Shown here: positions 39,201 to 48,752 of the stretch, in pieces
How the letters are laid out: every line of letters starts with the position of its first letter
Numbering within the stretch: the first letter of the stretch is position 1
Source: Syntrophales bacterium
Lineage (GTDB): Bacteria > Desulfobacterota > Syntrophia > Syntrophales > UBA6807
NCBI GenBank assembly: GCA_040767195.1
Contig: JAXGPA010000001.1
Coordinates: forward strand, 1-64,000
Length of the DNA: 64,000 bases
Direction of reading: 5' to 3'
Notes under the pieces: model-generated
Told to the model about the DNA's origin: nothing
The model's input: only the letters and a program-made list of their open reading frames with translations
Databases searched by the model: none
Position numbers and translations under genes: made by a program

Positions 39201-40201
39201 CCGTGAAGTGACGCCACCGGGTCGTTGAGGGACCCGGCGACAGTTCCCTCCAAAGAAAGCGGGCCTGACAGGTCCCCGGTCCCGGCGGCAAGGGGGGCGA
39301 TTTCCTCCAGGACGCCTGAAAAGCGGATTTCCAGGTCCGGCAACACTTCGCCGAAAACGTCTCCCAGCCTCCCCGACAGGGACAGGGAAGACGCGCCGAG
39401 CCGGACCACCCCGAGGAGATCCTCCACATCCTCCCCCCTGTACGCCCCTTTGATCTCGGAAGCCTGGACGGGGAGGGAAAAGCTTCCCCGGGATACCGTG
39501 CCGTCACTGACCCGAAGATGGGCGGCCCCCGTTTTCTCGACCAGGTCCGCCGAGCCGGTCACACCGATTCCCCGAAGGTCAGCGGAGAATTCCCCGGGGG
39601 CGAAGACACGGAGCCTGCCGTCGGACATCTCCAGCCGCTCCAGGAAAAGAGGCAGACGGGCGGGGGCATGCCGGGAAACGTCGGCCTCGTCCCGCCGCTC
39701 CCCCCCCGGCGGGAAAAGGGCCCGGTCAAGACCGTAAGTCCCGTCCTCAAGGAAAAAAAGCGTCCCCTCGGGGCGTTGGATATGCAGTCTCTCGATGAAA
39801 ACAACCCCTTCCAGGAGCCGGGAGAGGGAAACCCGCGCGGCGACGCTTCCGACGGTGAGAACCGTCTCTCCTTCAGGGGTCTTCAGGGTCAGGCCGCCCG
39901 CGATGAGTTCCCCCGTCCAGGGGAAGACACGGTGGTTTTCCATGAAAAGGGTCCCCGGAATGCGTTCGTTCACCCGGGACAGCAGAACGTCTCTCGCTGT
40001 TTTCGTGTTGATGAAAAAGACGGCGGCGGTGCCCGCAAGAAAGAGAACGGCCGTGAAAGCGGCCAGGGCGAAAGCGACCGCCCGGGCCGCCCCCGTGAAC
40101 TGTTTCTCCGTTTTTTTCTTTCTCTTGTCCCCGTCTTCCACCTGTCCGCACCTGTTGGCCATTCCCGCGTTTTTAACGTTTCCCGCCGGTAGAGGCGACA
40201 A
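36200..40201 (-). CDS. tamB: Translocation/assembly module TamB-like protein
   Basis: N-terminal TM anchor, long beta-repeat body, DUF490-like C-terminus (LSSTP..DILALLLFG, LGKKITRR). Confidence 0.8.
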   Translation of the reverse strand: MSPLPAGNVKNAGMANRCGQVEDGDKRKKKTEKQFTGAARAVAFALAAFTAVLFLAGTAAVFFINTKTARDVLLSRVNERIPGTLFMENHRVFPWTGELIAGGLTLKTPEGETVLTVGSVAARVSLSRLLEGVVFIERLHIQRPEGTLFFLEDGTYGLDRALFPPGGERRDEADVSRHAPARLPLFLERLEMSDGRLRVFAPGEFSADLRGIGVTGSADLVEKTGAAHLRVSDGTVSRGSFSLPVQASEIKGAYRGEDVEDLLGVVRLGASSLSLSGRLGDVFGEVLPDLEIRFSGVLEEIAPLAAGTGDLSGPLSLEGTVAGSLNDPVASLHGSMGKSALLGYPLDKAEMDLRFLDRVLSLERLDIAALGGTAAASGRMGFQRAFPRGFTAGGDLSAVEYEGTWKSEGIRLAALPPLAGRVSGLVGLDGSFRGRGTDPETMDLSFTAKGRGVAIASAAVPEPSDLRLDVSGSWKERVLSLNPLRIVDGNADLRVEGRFDPAGKAFVGKMSVAAEDLSRVPLVSEFVSLDGSARLEASGTGSLENPCFTARFRAQGLRYGDIVIGDVDGDGSVAPSGEVDLSRLHVENGESRLEITGTAALFEKGLKDLAEAPRFQVRLRGDPVFLEDFRGTLGGKVFFEADLEGTLKNPRGQVRLQGRDLNFPDQELAALDGKIVLEGGKIILESLAVSPREGESVEAGGWFVPGGRYGGNVSSSGVSLESIGWIAKRVPLKGRTAFDFTGEGDVKNPGAEGTIDFEDVALYGRPLGNFSFHGEARDGTAALAGTGDFPLEAWYRWETGDFSAALSLAKKDLAPFFSLFGLARWGGEAAGTVRLAGNARRPEEIDGEIDLSALQVFYDGTRILSADEIRAEIRKGVLSLLPGRPVRLVEEGALTLAGRGALGGELDFRIDGSVPLAAVGPFAGDLADLAGRVTGYAQVGGTFARPEIQGEISLENLGMTVLPLMERVRDVRGKIGFTTTAITVADVRGFLEEGPFSLDGTVALDHLVPGETDLRLKGERLPFLVPNTLQVVMNADLALRGTPEAGRLEGTVTFVEGLYYRKTGLDLRSFLERKRSVSPSREPAALPYLKNLALDILFRQEKPFLVDNNVARLVVVQDLRAGGTWNDPLLFGRVTVQSGTVTYQDRTFTVDRGILDFTSPDRVDPRLDFQSRVRVRDWVILLDITGTLDSLKFILSSTPSEEDQDILALLLFGKTTRELAGGTGGGSASPEQMLAELVASTLSGQVRELTGLDVFEIKAKAGENGETGSNIQVTLGKKITRRFGVEYNVGSEDGEVVQEAVGEYKLLEGLLLRGFQNSRGAYGGEIQLRFEFR

Positions 40202-40447
40202 ATTATTTGCGGAAAAAGTCTCATATTGATACTGTATTTAACCGCGTATCGTCAAGGGCACGGGGACGGCACCGCCACAGGAACTGCGGCTTTCCACGAG
40301 GCGGGCCAGGAAGGTCCGCCGGGACCGTCGGAGGATTTACCCCCCCGGCAGGACCCCTCCCGCACTGGGGACAAAAACCCGTTTCTTCCGGCCGTCGGGA
40401 CCCGGCGAAAAACTGACGATGGCAAAACGTGGAGGAAGGAGAGTGCC

Positions 40448-41791
40448 GTGATCCAGAGGCTTCGCTCCAGGACCCGGCGGGTCGCCCGGCTCATCCGAGA
40501 AGGCCCTTACACGACGGAAACGGAAGAGATGGGAAGGTATTCCCGGGCCGGACTTGGGATACTCAGGACGATCTATCTTTCCGTGGCGGGCTTCCAAAAG
40601 GACGAGTGCATGCTCCGGGCTTCGGCCATGACCTTCTACACCCTCCTGTCCATCGTTCCCGTCATCGCCATGGCCTTCGGGATCGCCAAGGGCTTCGGGT
40701 TCCAGAAGCACCTGGAAACCCGTCTCCTGGAACAGTTTCCCGGCCAGGAGGAAGTTTTTACGAGGATCTTCCAGTTCGCCAACGCCCTCCTGGAAACCAC
40801 CCGGGGCGGGCTTCTGGCGGGAATCGGGGTCGCCGTTCTCCTGTGGACGGTCATCAAGCTCCTGGGAAACATCGAAGACGCCTTCAACCACATCTGGAAG
40901 GTGAAACGTCCCCGGAACATATGGCGTAAATTCACCGATTATCTCTCGATCATGCTCATCGCGCCGTTCCTGTTCATCCTGTCGGGAAGCCTGAACGTGG
41001 TCGTGACGACCCAGATCAAGACCATCCTGGAGAAACTGCATCTCCTCGGGTCGGTGGGCCCCTTCATTCTTTTCATGCTCCAGTTTCTTCCCTACCTGAT
41101 CTTCTGGGTTCTTTTCACCCTTCTTTACATTCTCATGCCAAACCGGAGGGTCAGCCTGCCGGCGGCCCTCGCCGGGGGCGTCCTCGGGGGAACCCTCTAC
41201 CAGGTCACCCAGTGGGTCTACGTTCATTTTCAGGTGGGAGTGGCCAAGTACAATGCCATATATGGAAGCTTCGCCGCCCTGCCCCTCTTCCTCGTCTGGC
41301 TCCAGTTGAGCTGGATGATCGTCCTGTGGGGCGCCGAAATGTCCCGGGCCCTGGAGGAAGGAAGACGGGGGCTGGGGCTTGACCGGCCTGAACGGGACGC
41401 CAGTTTCCGCCTGCGCAGCCTCCTTTCGCTTCGGATCACCGCCCTGGTCGTCCAGGCCTTTCAGCGGGGGGCGCCCGCCCCGACAGGCGAGGACCTGGCA
41501 AAAGACCTGGAGCTCCCCGAAAACCTGACGTCCGGCCTCCTGGAAGACCTGGTGGACGGCGGCATCCTCGTCCGGGTGGAAAAGGAAAACGGCGACGAAC
41601 GGGCCTATCACCCCGCCGGGAACGTGGCGGCCCTCACCGTTCAGGCGGTCATGGAAGCCGTCGCCCAAAGCGGTGTGGACGACCTTCCCGGGATGGGGGA
41701 CCCTTCCTGGAAACCCGCGGCGGACCGGATGTCCGCCTTTCAGGAAGTTCTGAAGACGGCCCCGGCGAACCGTCCCGTGGGAGACCTCTGA
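40448..41791 (+). CDS. YihY/BrkB family membrane protein with C-terminal HTH
   Basis: ASAMTFYTLLSIVP, IEDAFNHIW, YNAIYGSFAALPLFLVW; GTG start after a GGAGGAAGGAG RBS. Confidence 0.88.
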   Translation: MIQRLRSRTRRVARLIREGPYTTETEEMGRYSRAGLGILRTIYLSVAGFQKDECMLRASAMTFYTLLSIVPVIAMAFGIAKGFGFQKHLETRLLEQFPGQEEVFTRIFQFANALLETTRGGLLAGIGVAVLLWTVIKLLGNIEDAFNHIWKVKRPRNIWRKFTDYLSIMLIAPFLFILSGSLNVVVTTQIKTILEKLHLLGSVGPFILFMLQFLPYLIFWVLFTLLYILMPNRRVSLPAALAGGVLGGTLYQVTQWVYVHFQVGVAKYNAIYGSFAALPLFLVWLQLSWMIVLWGAEMSRALEEGRRGLGLDRPERDASFRLRSLLSLRITALVVQAFQRGAPAPTGEDLAKDLELPENLTSGLLEDLVDGGILVRVEKENGDERAYHPAGNVAALTVQAVMEAVAQSGVDDLPGMGDPSWKPAADRMSAFQEVLKTAPANRPVGDL

Positions 41792-42880
41792 TTGTCGCGG
41801 CGGGGCCCTTTTAAAGATATTCCCGACAGGGAATGGAAGGACCGGGCCTGGCAGATGGCCCACCGGGTCCGGAGCGGCGCCGCCCTGTCCCGGATTCTCC
41901 CGGACCTTGCCGGCCCCGGGAGGGACGCGGAGGATGTTTCGCCGGTCTACCCTTTCGCGGTGACACCCTACTATCTTTCCCTCATAGACCCCCGGTCTAA
42001 AGATGATCCCATCGCCCTCCAGTGCCTTCCCCGAAAGGAGGAGCTCCGATCTTCCCCCGGCGTCCCCGAGGACCCCCTGAAGGAAGAGGAGGCCATGCCC
42101 GTCCCGGGCCTCATCCGCCGTTACGGGGACCGGTGCCTCGTTCTCGTCACCGGAGAATGCGCCGTTTTGTGCCGGCACTGCAACCGCCGCAGATACTGGA
42201 AGAAGGGGCGGAAACGCTTGAGCGACGGGAAGCTCGACGCCGTCATGGCCTATGTGAGCGGCGACCCGTCCCTGCGGGAAGTCATTCTCTCCGGGGGAGA
42301 CCCTCTCACGCTGGATCATGATTCGCTCCACCGGATTCTCCAGGCTCTCACGTCGATTCCCCACGTCCGGCTTATCCGGATCGGGACCCGTATCCCCGTC
42401 GTCCTTCCCATGGCTGTCGACGGCGACCTCCTGGACCTGCTCCAGGCTTTCCGACCGCTGTGGATCGTCACCCAGTTCAACCACCCCCGGGAGCTGACGG
42501 AGGAGGCGCAAACCGCGTGCACGGCCCTTCTCGAGAGAGGAATTCCCATTCTGAACCAGTCGGTTCTCCTTCGAGGGGTGAATGACAGCGTGGCAACCCT
42601 CAAGGCCCTTTTCCAGGGCCTCGTGGAGTGGGGGGTGAAGCCCTATTATCTTTTCCACTGCGAACCTGTCCGGGGCGTGGAGCACTTTCGCGTCCCCATG
42701 AATGAAGGGATCGCTCTCTTCCGGGCGATTCGGAACACCGTATCGGGGATCGCCCTGCCCCGGTTTGTCTATGATCTTCCCGGGGGGAGGGGAAAATATC
42801 CCCTCGAGTTCGACCCAGGTCCCCCCGCGGAAGGGGAAGGAAATGAACTATCTTTTGACAGGAACGGGGAAATCGATTAA
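41792..42880 (+). CDS. epmB: KamA-family lysine 2,3-aminomutase (EF-P beta-lysylation)
   Basis: CAVLCRHC, LSGGDPL, NQSVLLRGVND, PYYLF, DLPGGRGK; adjacent to efp and epmA. Confidence 0.8.
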   Translation: MSRRGPFKDIPDREWKDRAWQMAHRVRSGAALSRILPDLAGPGRDAEDVSPVYPFAVTPYYLSLIDPRSKDDPIALQCLPRKEELRSSPGVPEDPLKEEEAMPVPGLIRRYGDRCLVLVTGECAVLCRHCNRRRYWKKGRKRLSDGKLDAVMAYVSGDPSLREVILSGGDPLTLDHDSLHRILQALTSIPHVRLIRIGTRIPVVLPMAVDGDLLDLLQAFRPLWIVTQFNHPRELTEEAQTACTALLERGIPILNQSVLLRGVNDSVATLKALFQGLVEWGVKPYYLFHCEPVRGVEHFRVPMNEGIALFRAIRNTVSGIALPRFVYDLPGGRGKYPLEFDPGPPAEGEGNELSFDRNGEID

Positions 42881-42883
42881 ATA
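42855..42883 (+). promoter_or_regulatory. Putative internal promoter for efp
   Basis: TTGACA-17 bp-TAAATA at the end of epmB. Confidence 0.4.
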
Positions 42884-42954
42884 GGCCCGAAATTGTGCCG
42901 AATTTTTACCGGTGAAGGGGTACCGTGACCCGCCGGTAGAAGGGGGATTATCCT

Positions 42955-43518
42955 ATGTACAACGCCAGCGACCTGAGAAAAAACCTGAAAATACAGATCG
43001 ACGGTGATCCATATGTCATCGTCGATTTCCAGTTTGTCAAGCCCGGCAAGGGACAGGCCCTGTATCGATGCAGGCTGCGGAACATGCTGACGGGTGCCCA
43101 GTTCGACCGCACATTCCGGTCCGTGGACACCTTCGAGCCCGCCGATCTCCAGGAAAAGAAAATGCAGTATCTTTACCAGGAAGAGGACAAGTTCATCTTC
43201 ATGGACGTCGCCACCTTCGAGCAGGTCTATCTCACGGAAGACCAGGTGGGTGACGCCCGGAACTTCCTCATAGACAACCTGGAAGTGGACATTCTCTTTT
43301 TCGGGACCAAGCCCATCGGCACCACGCCGCCCAAATTCATCGACCTGACGGTGGTGGAAGCGCCGCCCTGGGTCAAAGGCGACACGGCCACGACGGACTA
43401 CAAGCCGGCCATTCTCGAAACGGGCTACCAGGTCATGGTCCCCCCCTTCGTGGAGCCGGGCCAAAAAATCCGGATCGACACCAGGACGGGGGAGTACCTG
43501 ACCCGGGTCAAAGAGTGA
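42955..43518 (+). CDS. efp: Elongation factor P
   Basis: FVKPGKG loop, KGDTA, LETG..V.VP.F, IRIDTRTGEY. Confidence 0.97.
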   Translation: MYNASDLRKNLKIQIDGDPYVIVDFQFVKPGKGQALYRCRLRNMLTGAQFDRTFRSVDTFEPADLQEKKMQYLYQEEDKFIFMDVATFEQVYLTEDQVGDARNFLIDNLEVDILFFGTKPIGTTPPKFIDLTVVEAPPWVKGDTATTDYKPAILETGYQVMVPPFVEPGQKIRIDTRTGEYLTRVKE

Positions 43519-43640
43519 CGGCATCCTGAAAAGTCTTCACAAGGCCCTGCCCGCCACCCCCGTCCCGGCGGCGCACCGTGAATGGTCCCGTTCCCCCGAA
43601 CGGGGGCGCCCTGCCTAGGCCGCTTTTTACAAAGCCGACC
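43516..43640. repeat. Degenerate family B element (reverse orientation) starting at the efp stop
   Basis: TGACGGCATCCTGAAAAGTC... and GCGCCCTGCCT..CTTTTTACAAAGCCGAC resemble the reverse complement of 27187-27314. Confidence 0.55.
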
Positions 43641-43732
43641 GGACAGGGCCGTCGTCCGGACCCGTCGCGGGCTCTTCAAAAACCGACGGCGATCCCGGGA
43701 CCTCCAGGCCTGAAAACATCTCGGTGCTATCA

Positions 43733-44659
43733 ATGCGGGACAACCGGATCATCCTCGAGGCAAAGCGGGAAACCCTGAAGACCCGTGCCCGGGTGATCGA
43801 GGGGATCCGGCATTTCTTCAACCTCCGGGAATACCTGGAAGTGACCACGCCGGTCCGCATTCCCGCCCCCGCGCCGGAGCCCCACATCGACGCCGTCCCC
43901 TCCGGCGGCTGGTTTCTCCAAACCTCGCCGGAAATCGCCATGAAACGCCTCCTGGCAGCGGGATACGGAAAAATATTCCAGATCTGCCCCTGTTTCCGCG
44001 CCGAGGAAAGAGGGACCCGGCACCTGCCCGAACTCACCATGCTCGAGTGGTACGCCCCGGCGGTGGATTACCGGTCCATGATGGCGCTGTGCGAGGATCT
44101 CGTTCTTTTTCTCTCCCGGCACCTCGGGCGGGGTGACACGGTCTCTTACGGGGGACAGCGAGTGGCCCTTGAAAGCCCCTGGGAGCGGATTACCGTCAAC
44201 GAGGCCTTTTTACGTTACAGCGGTCACACCGCCGAGGACGCTCTGCGGCGGGGAGCCTTCGACGAGGAAATCGCCTTCGTCGTCGAACCGGCCCTGCCAA
44301 AGGACCGGCCGGTCATCCTCTACGACTATCCCGCCTCCCAGGCCGCCCTGGCCCGGCTTAAACCCGGGGACCCCACCGTGGCGGAGCGCTTCGAGATCTA
44401 CATCGGGGGCCTGGAGATCGCCAACGCCTTCACCGAACTCACCGACCAGGCGGAACAGCGGGCCCGCTTCCTCCGGGACCGGGACGAAAGAAGAAACGCG
44501 GGAAAAACGGACTATCCCCTGCCGGAACCCTTTCTCCGGGAACTGGAACACATGCCCCCCGCGTCGGGCGTCGCCCTCGGCGTGGACCGCCTCGTCATGC
44601 TCTTCACCGGCGCCGCCGCCATCGACGACGTCGTCGCCTTCACCCCCGAAACCCTCTGA
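43733..44659 (+). CDS. epmA: EF-P lysine (R)-beta-lysyltransferase
   Basis: LysRS catalytic core without an anticodon domain: LQTSPE.AMKRLL, FRAEE..HLPE.TMLEWY, ERFE, GVALGVDRL. Confidence 0.93.
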   Translation: MRDNRIILEAKRETLKTRARVIEGIRHFFNLREYLEVTTPVRIPAPAPEPHIDAVPSGGWFLQTSPEIAMKRLLAAGYGKIFQICPCFRAEERGTRHLPELTMLEWYAPAVDYRSMMALCEDLVLFLSRHLGRGDTVSYGGQRVALESPWERITVNEAFLRYSGHTAEDALRRGAFDEEIAFVVEPALPKDRPVILYDYPASQAALARLKPGDPTVAERFEIYIGGLEIANAFTELTDQAEQRARFLRDRDERRNAGKTDYPLPEPFLRELEHMPPASGVALGVDRLVMLFTGAAAIDDVVAFTPETL

Positions 44660-44813
44660 ACCCGCCCCGTAACATCGTATCAGACGCTGTGTCTTCGAAC
44701 CGGACTCAAATAACGGAAGCTCCGGAAAAGCCGGGGCGGTTTAACCGGCGATTACAGTTCAGGAGTTGACAGGCGTCAAGCCGCGCGGCAAGGACAAGGG
44801 GAGGGAACCTTTT

Positions 44814-46388
44814 TTAATTCCACATATCGGCGGAACCGAAAAACTTTTCGCTGATAAATCTATTCTCAACGGACGATCCACTGAAGTCCAGGATGTGGCA
44901 CTTATCAAGCGCCGACGTATCCGGTTCGGTAAAAGGGTTTGATATAAATTCCATCATGATTTTCAGTCCTATCATTTCATCAACGGGAGTGAGCTTTCCT
45001 TCTACGGGAGACTGGAAAACCGCTCCGTGAGCCGCCCACGGAACTGCAACAAAATAATGGCAGGGACCGTGAAGATATTCCGTAACGCCCAGGGCAAGGG
45101 AAAGGGGAGTAGGCCCATCCACGGTACTGTTAATCATAAGAACCGGCTTGTAATATTCAGGCTTTATTCCTTTAAACGGATCGTCATAAGCAGGCCATAA
45201 GTTATTATATTTTATTCCGGCAAGATCAGGAACAATATCTTCCGAGACATAAGCCGCATCGACAATCTCCTGTGCGGCCTCAGGAGATATGTCATCACAA
45301 AGTTCAGATATTGCAATGTTTTCAAAAACAACTGACGAGTTAAGCTTGTCCACGGGTTTGAACTCTTCATTTTGAGCCTTTGCTTTCGCTGTATCTGAAA
45401 ACAAATGCGCTATCGCAGCCTTATCGCTCTCATTGCACCTGCAGAGTCTATACATCACAGCCGGGATAAGAGCCCTGCCATACATGTTGGATGATAACGC
45501 GGCTAACTTATTACGAAGGTCTTTTCTTGTCATTGATGAAAAGTCGCTGCACAGAGACTCATCATCGATCATGCCAAAAACAGTTTCCATGGCCTGCCAT
45601 GGATCGGAGGCAATCTCGGAGAGCTTACCGCTGCAAACATCGTCACCCCGACACTGCTGCATTATTTGCCGGCCTACATCGTTGAAACTGCTGTCATAAT
45701 TATCTAACGGTCTTGAATCGGCAGGTACTATCGAATCTATAATGACACCTTCTACGCTGTCGGGATACAGGGTCATGAAACGCTGGACAAGATAGGTGCC
45801 GTATGAAACGCCGTAAACAAAGGTTTTGCGTAGGCCGCTTGTGCGAGTGATGACGGTGTGTAAATCCTTGGCCGCATTTGTAACGTTATATGACCCAAGG
45901 GTTCCGTTATGCAAAGCCTGGACTTCATCGTAACACGCGGCAGCATTTTCCGGTGTTATCCCGCTGTCAGGGGCTGCCATCGGGCATTCAAGGCCGTTTG
46001 AATTGCCTACGCCCCTGTGGTCCATGGAATAGTAATCCCAATCAGGATATGCGGCGGCGAGAGGAGGCAGAAGGGCTGAAAAAGCAACGCTCGATTCTCC
46101 CGGTCCTCCCATTATCAACCATAGATTCCCCTTTTTTTCACTGTCAGGCGATGCTCCCCTGATTCGCCATATGAAAAGATCGATTGTTTCGTCAAAAGGT
46201 CTTTCATAGTCCACCGGCACCGTTATAAAAGCACATTCTGCATTACCCTGCGTATTTATATAGACAGGACATTCTCCCCATACTATTTCAGGTTCATTTG
46301 GAGAGGTATCTGAAGATGAGCCGCAGCCCGTGATGATAATAAGCAATAGTGGAAATATCGTTGAAATTCGTATCACCCTTGTTCGCAT
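44814..46388 (-). CDS. Alpha/beta hydrolase lipoprotein (tripeptidyl-aminopeptidase-like)
   Basis: ITGC lipobox, GGPG, DHRGVG.S, YGVSYGT nucleophile elbow; markedly AT-rich. Confidence 0.85.
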   Translation of the reverse strand: MRTRVIRISTIFPLLLIIITGCGSSSDTSPNEPEIVWGECPVYINTQGNAECAFITVPVDYERPFDETIDLFIWRIRGASPDSEKKGNLWLIMGGPGESSVAFSALLPPLAAAYPDWDYYSMDHRGVGNSNGLECPMAAPDSGITPENAAACYDEVQALHNGTLGSYNVTNAAKDLHTVITRTSGLRKTFVYGVSYGTYLVQRFMTLYPDSVEGVIIDSIVPADSRPLDNYDSSFNDVGRQIMQQCRGDDVCSGKLSEIASDPWQAMETVFGMIDDESLCSDFSSMTRKDLRNKLAALSSNMYGRALIPAVMYRLCRCNESDKAAIAHLFSDTAKAKAQNEEFKPVDKLNSSVVFENIAISELCDDISPEAAQEIVDAAYVSEDIVPDLAGIKYNNLWPAYDDPFKGIKPEYYKPVLMINSTVDGPTPLSLALGVTEYLHGPCHYFVAVPWAAHGAVFQSPVEGKLTPVDEMIGLKIMMEFISNPFTEPDTSALDKCHILDFSGSSVENRFISEKFFGSADMWN

Positions 46389-46507
46389 TTCATTTTTCCC
46401 TTGATCATCTCATTTTTTGAATTCCGAATTGGGATGCCCTATCGTAAACTTCCCTGCACTGCTCACCCGGTGTCACGTCTTATCGAGGGACTGAACGGTT
46501 TTCGAAA

Positions 46508-48451
46508 TCAGATGCCGGAACCGGCGTCGAACCCCTCCCGGATGGCTTCCAGGGCTTTCCGGGGACTTCGGGCGTCCCCGATGACCGTCACGGCGATTCC
46601 CGCACCGGCGGCCTCGAGTTCGTCCGCCAAGGACCGGTCCGGCCGGGTTCCCAGGGCGACGACCAGGGAATCGAAACCCTTCAGGACCATCTCCTCCCCC
46701 TCCCGGGAATAAAGAATCTCCCGGTCTGTCGCTTCCCGGACCGGGGCGAACCGTTCCATCCTCACGTTCAGTTCCTTCAGGAAACGACGGAGATAGAACG
46801 CGTGGATCGCGCCCATGTCTCCCCCGAAGCGCCCCGTCGCCTCGAGAACGGTCACCTTTTTCCCCTTCGAGGCCAGGAAGTGGGCCGTTTCGAGCCCGAC
46901 GGCGCCGCCGCCGAGAACGACGACCCGATTCCCCTCGGGAACTCTTCCCCGGAGGACATCCCAGGCCGTCACCCCCCCGTGAACGAAGGAAGGCACAAAG
47001 GGACGGGCCCCCGTGGACAAGATGACCCTGTCCGGTCTCTCCACCCTCACGGCTTCCCCGGTCGCCGGACGGTTCAGGACCGGCGACACGCCGGCCTGCC
47101 GGAGGGACCGTTCCATGAACTCGATGTACCGGAGAAAGACCCCTCTTCCGGGGGCCAGCCCGGCGAGGCGAAGCTGTCCCCCTAAAACACCCTCCTTTTC
47201 CCAGAGCGTCACCTCGTGACCCCGCCGGGCCGCCGTCAGGGCCGCCATGAGTCCTCCGGGGCCGCCGCCAACCACAAGGACCCGCTCTTTTTTTTCAACC
47301 TGTCCCCAGGCCGTCTCCCTTTCCCGGCCGACCCTGGGATTGACGAGACAGGTAATCCCCTCGGTGCGCCCGGTTATCATGCTGGCGTTGATCCGGTCGA
47401 TGCAGCCCTGGTTACACGCGACACAGGGCACGATCTCCTGCGCTCTCCCCGACGCCGCCTTCCGGGGAAGTTCGGGGTCCGCCAGGAGGGCCCGCCCCAT
47501 GGCGACAAGATCGGCCTGTCTTTTTCGGAGGATCTCTTCCGCCAGGCCGGGTGTCTCGATGCGGCCCGCGGCGATGACAGGAACCGGCACGGCGCTCCGG
47601 ATCCTTTCCGCCAGGGAAACGAAACACCCCGGCTCCTCGTACATGGGGGGCACCGTCGCCCGGGAAGAACCGTAGACCCCCGCGGAAACGTGGAGGGCGT
47701 CAACCCCCGCTTCGACGAGGAGGGGAGCGATTTCCGTCATGTCCTTCACGGTGAGACCGCCGGGAACCCCGTCTTCGCCGTTGATTCGGGCGATGACGGG
47801 AAAGAGAGGCCCCAGGGCTTGCCGGATACCGCTTATGATCTCCACGGCGAAACGGGCCCGTCCTTCCACTTTCCCCCCATAACGGTCCTTTCGGCGGTTC
47901 GACAGGGGGGAGAAAAACTGCCCGATGAGATACCCGTGGCACCCGTGGAGTTCCACCGCGTCGAACCCCGCTTCCCGGGCCCGGACCGCCGCCGAGACGA
48001 AAGACCGGACGATTTCCCCGATTTCGTCTTCCCCGAGTTCCCGGGGCATCTCCCGGGTGACGGGACAGGGAATCGGGGACGGGGCGACGGGCTGGGCGCC
48101 TGAAAAAGCGGCCGTGACCTGGCGGCCCAGGTGGCTGAGCTGCGCGGCTATCTTCCCGCTGTCCTCATGGACGGCCCCGGTGAGGGTCTTCAAGGAAGGG
48201 ATAAACCGGTCTTCCGAAATGTTCAGGTGAAACCGGGAAAGGGGGCTTCCGGTAATGGCCTGAACGGCCGCCGCTTCCGTGACAAGAAGCCCGGCGCCGC
48301 CGCGGGTTCGCTCCCGGCAATAATCGACGAGGCGGGACGAAACGGCGCCGTCAGTGAGAAAGCTGGTCGCCATGGCGGGCATGACGATCCGGTTTCGGAG
48401 AGCCAGTTCCCCGATGGAAAAGGGTGAAAAAAGAAGGGGATAAGGGTCCAT
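46508..48451 (-). CDS. NADH:flavin oxidoreductase (old yellow enzyme / enoate reductase-like)
   Basis: LRNRIVMPAM, AGFDAVELHGCHGYL, CVACNQGC..CLVNP, VVGGGPGG. Confidence 0.92.
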   Translation of the reverse strand: MDPYPLLFSPFSIGELALRNRIVMPAMATSFLTDGAVSSRLVDYCRERTRGGAGLLVTEAAAVQAITGSPLSRFHLNISEDRFIPSLKTLTGAVHEDSGKIAAQLSHLGRQVTAAFSGAQPVAPSPIPCPVTREMPRELGEDEIGEIVRSFVSAAVRAREAGFDAVELHGCHGYLIGQFFSPLSNRRKDRYGGKVEGRARFAVEIISGIRQALGPLFPVIARINGEDGVPGGLTVKDMTEIAPLLVEAGVDALHVSAGVYGSSRATVPPMYEEPGCFVSLAERIRSAVPVPVIAAGRIETPGLAEEILRKRQADLVAMGRALLADPELPRKAASGRAQEIVPCVACNQGCIDRINASMITGRTEGITCLVNPRVGRERETAWGQVEKKERVLVVGGGPGGLMAALTAARRGHEVTLWEKEGVLGGQLRLAGLAPGRGVFLRYIEFMERSLRQAGVSPVLNRPATGEAVRVERPDRVILSTGARPFVPSFVHGGVTAWDVLRGRVPEGNRVVVLGGGAVGLETAHFLASKGKKVTVLEATGRFGGDMGAIHAFYLRRFLKELNVRMERFAPVREATDREILYSREGEEMVLKGFDSLVVALGTRPDRSLADELEAAGAGIAVTVIGDARSPRKALEAIREGFDAGSGI

Positions 48452-48657
48452 CAGCGGGCCTCCCTGTAGATCGCGCCTTCCCGGGTTTCCGAGGGACCCT
48501 GTTTTTTTACCCCAGGGAGCCCGCCCTGTCCACACAAAAACCCCGGCCCCTTGAATGCCGGGCCCATGACCCGTCACGCCCGGCATGATCGCATTGACGC
48601 GGGCACACATAAATCCTGCACACCGATGCCCGGCCCCTCCGCTCAAAAATGAAAGGA

Positions 48658-48686
48658 TTGACACGATCAGTGCAATCTCATAGACT
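48658..48686 (+). promoter_or_regulatory. Sigma70 promoter
   Basis: TTGACA-17 bp-TAGACT. Confidence 0.6.
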
Positions 48687-48752
48687 TCCTGCAGGAAGCG
48701 TGCTTTTTTTCGGACAGGACCTCATTTTCCGCCTTTCCATGGGACACGGACG

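Noticed and set aside
41792..44659. epmB-efp-epmA cluster as a novel system
   Set aside because: This is the well-known EF-P beta-lysylation pathway.
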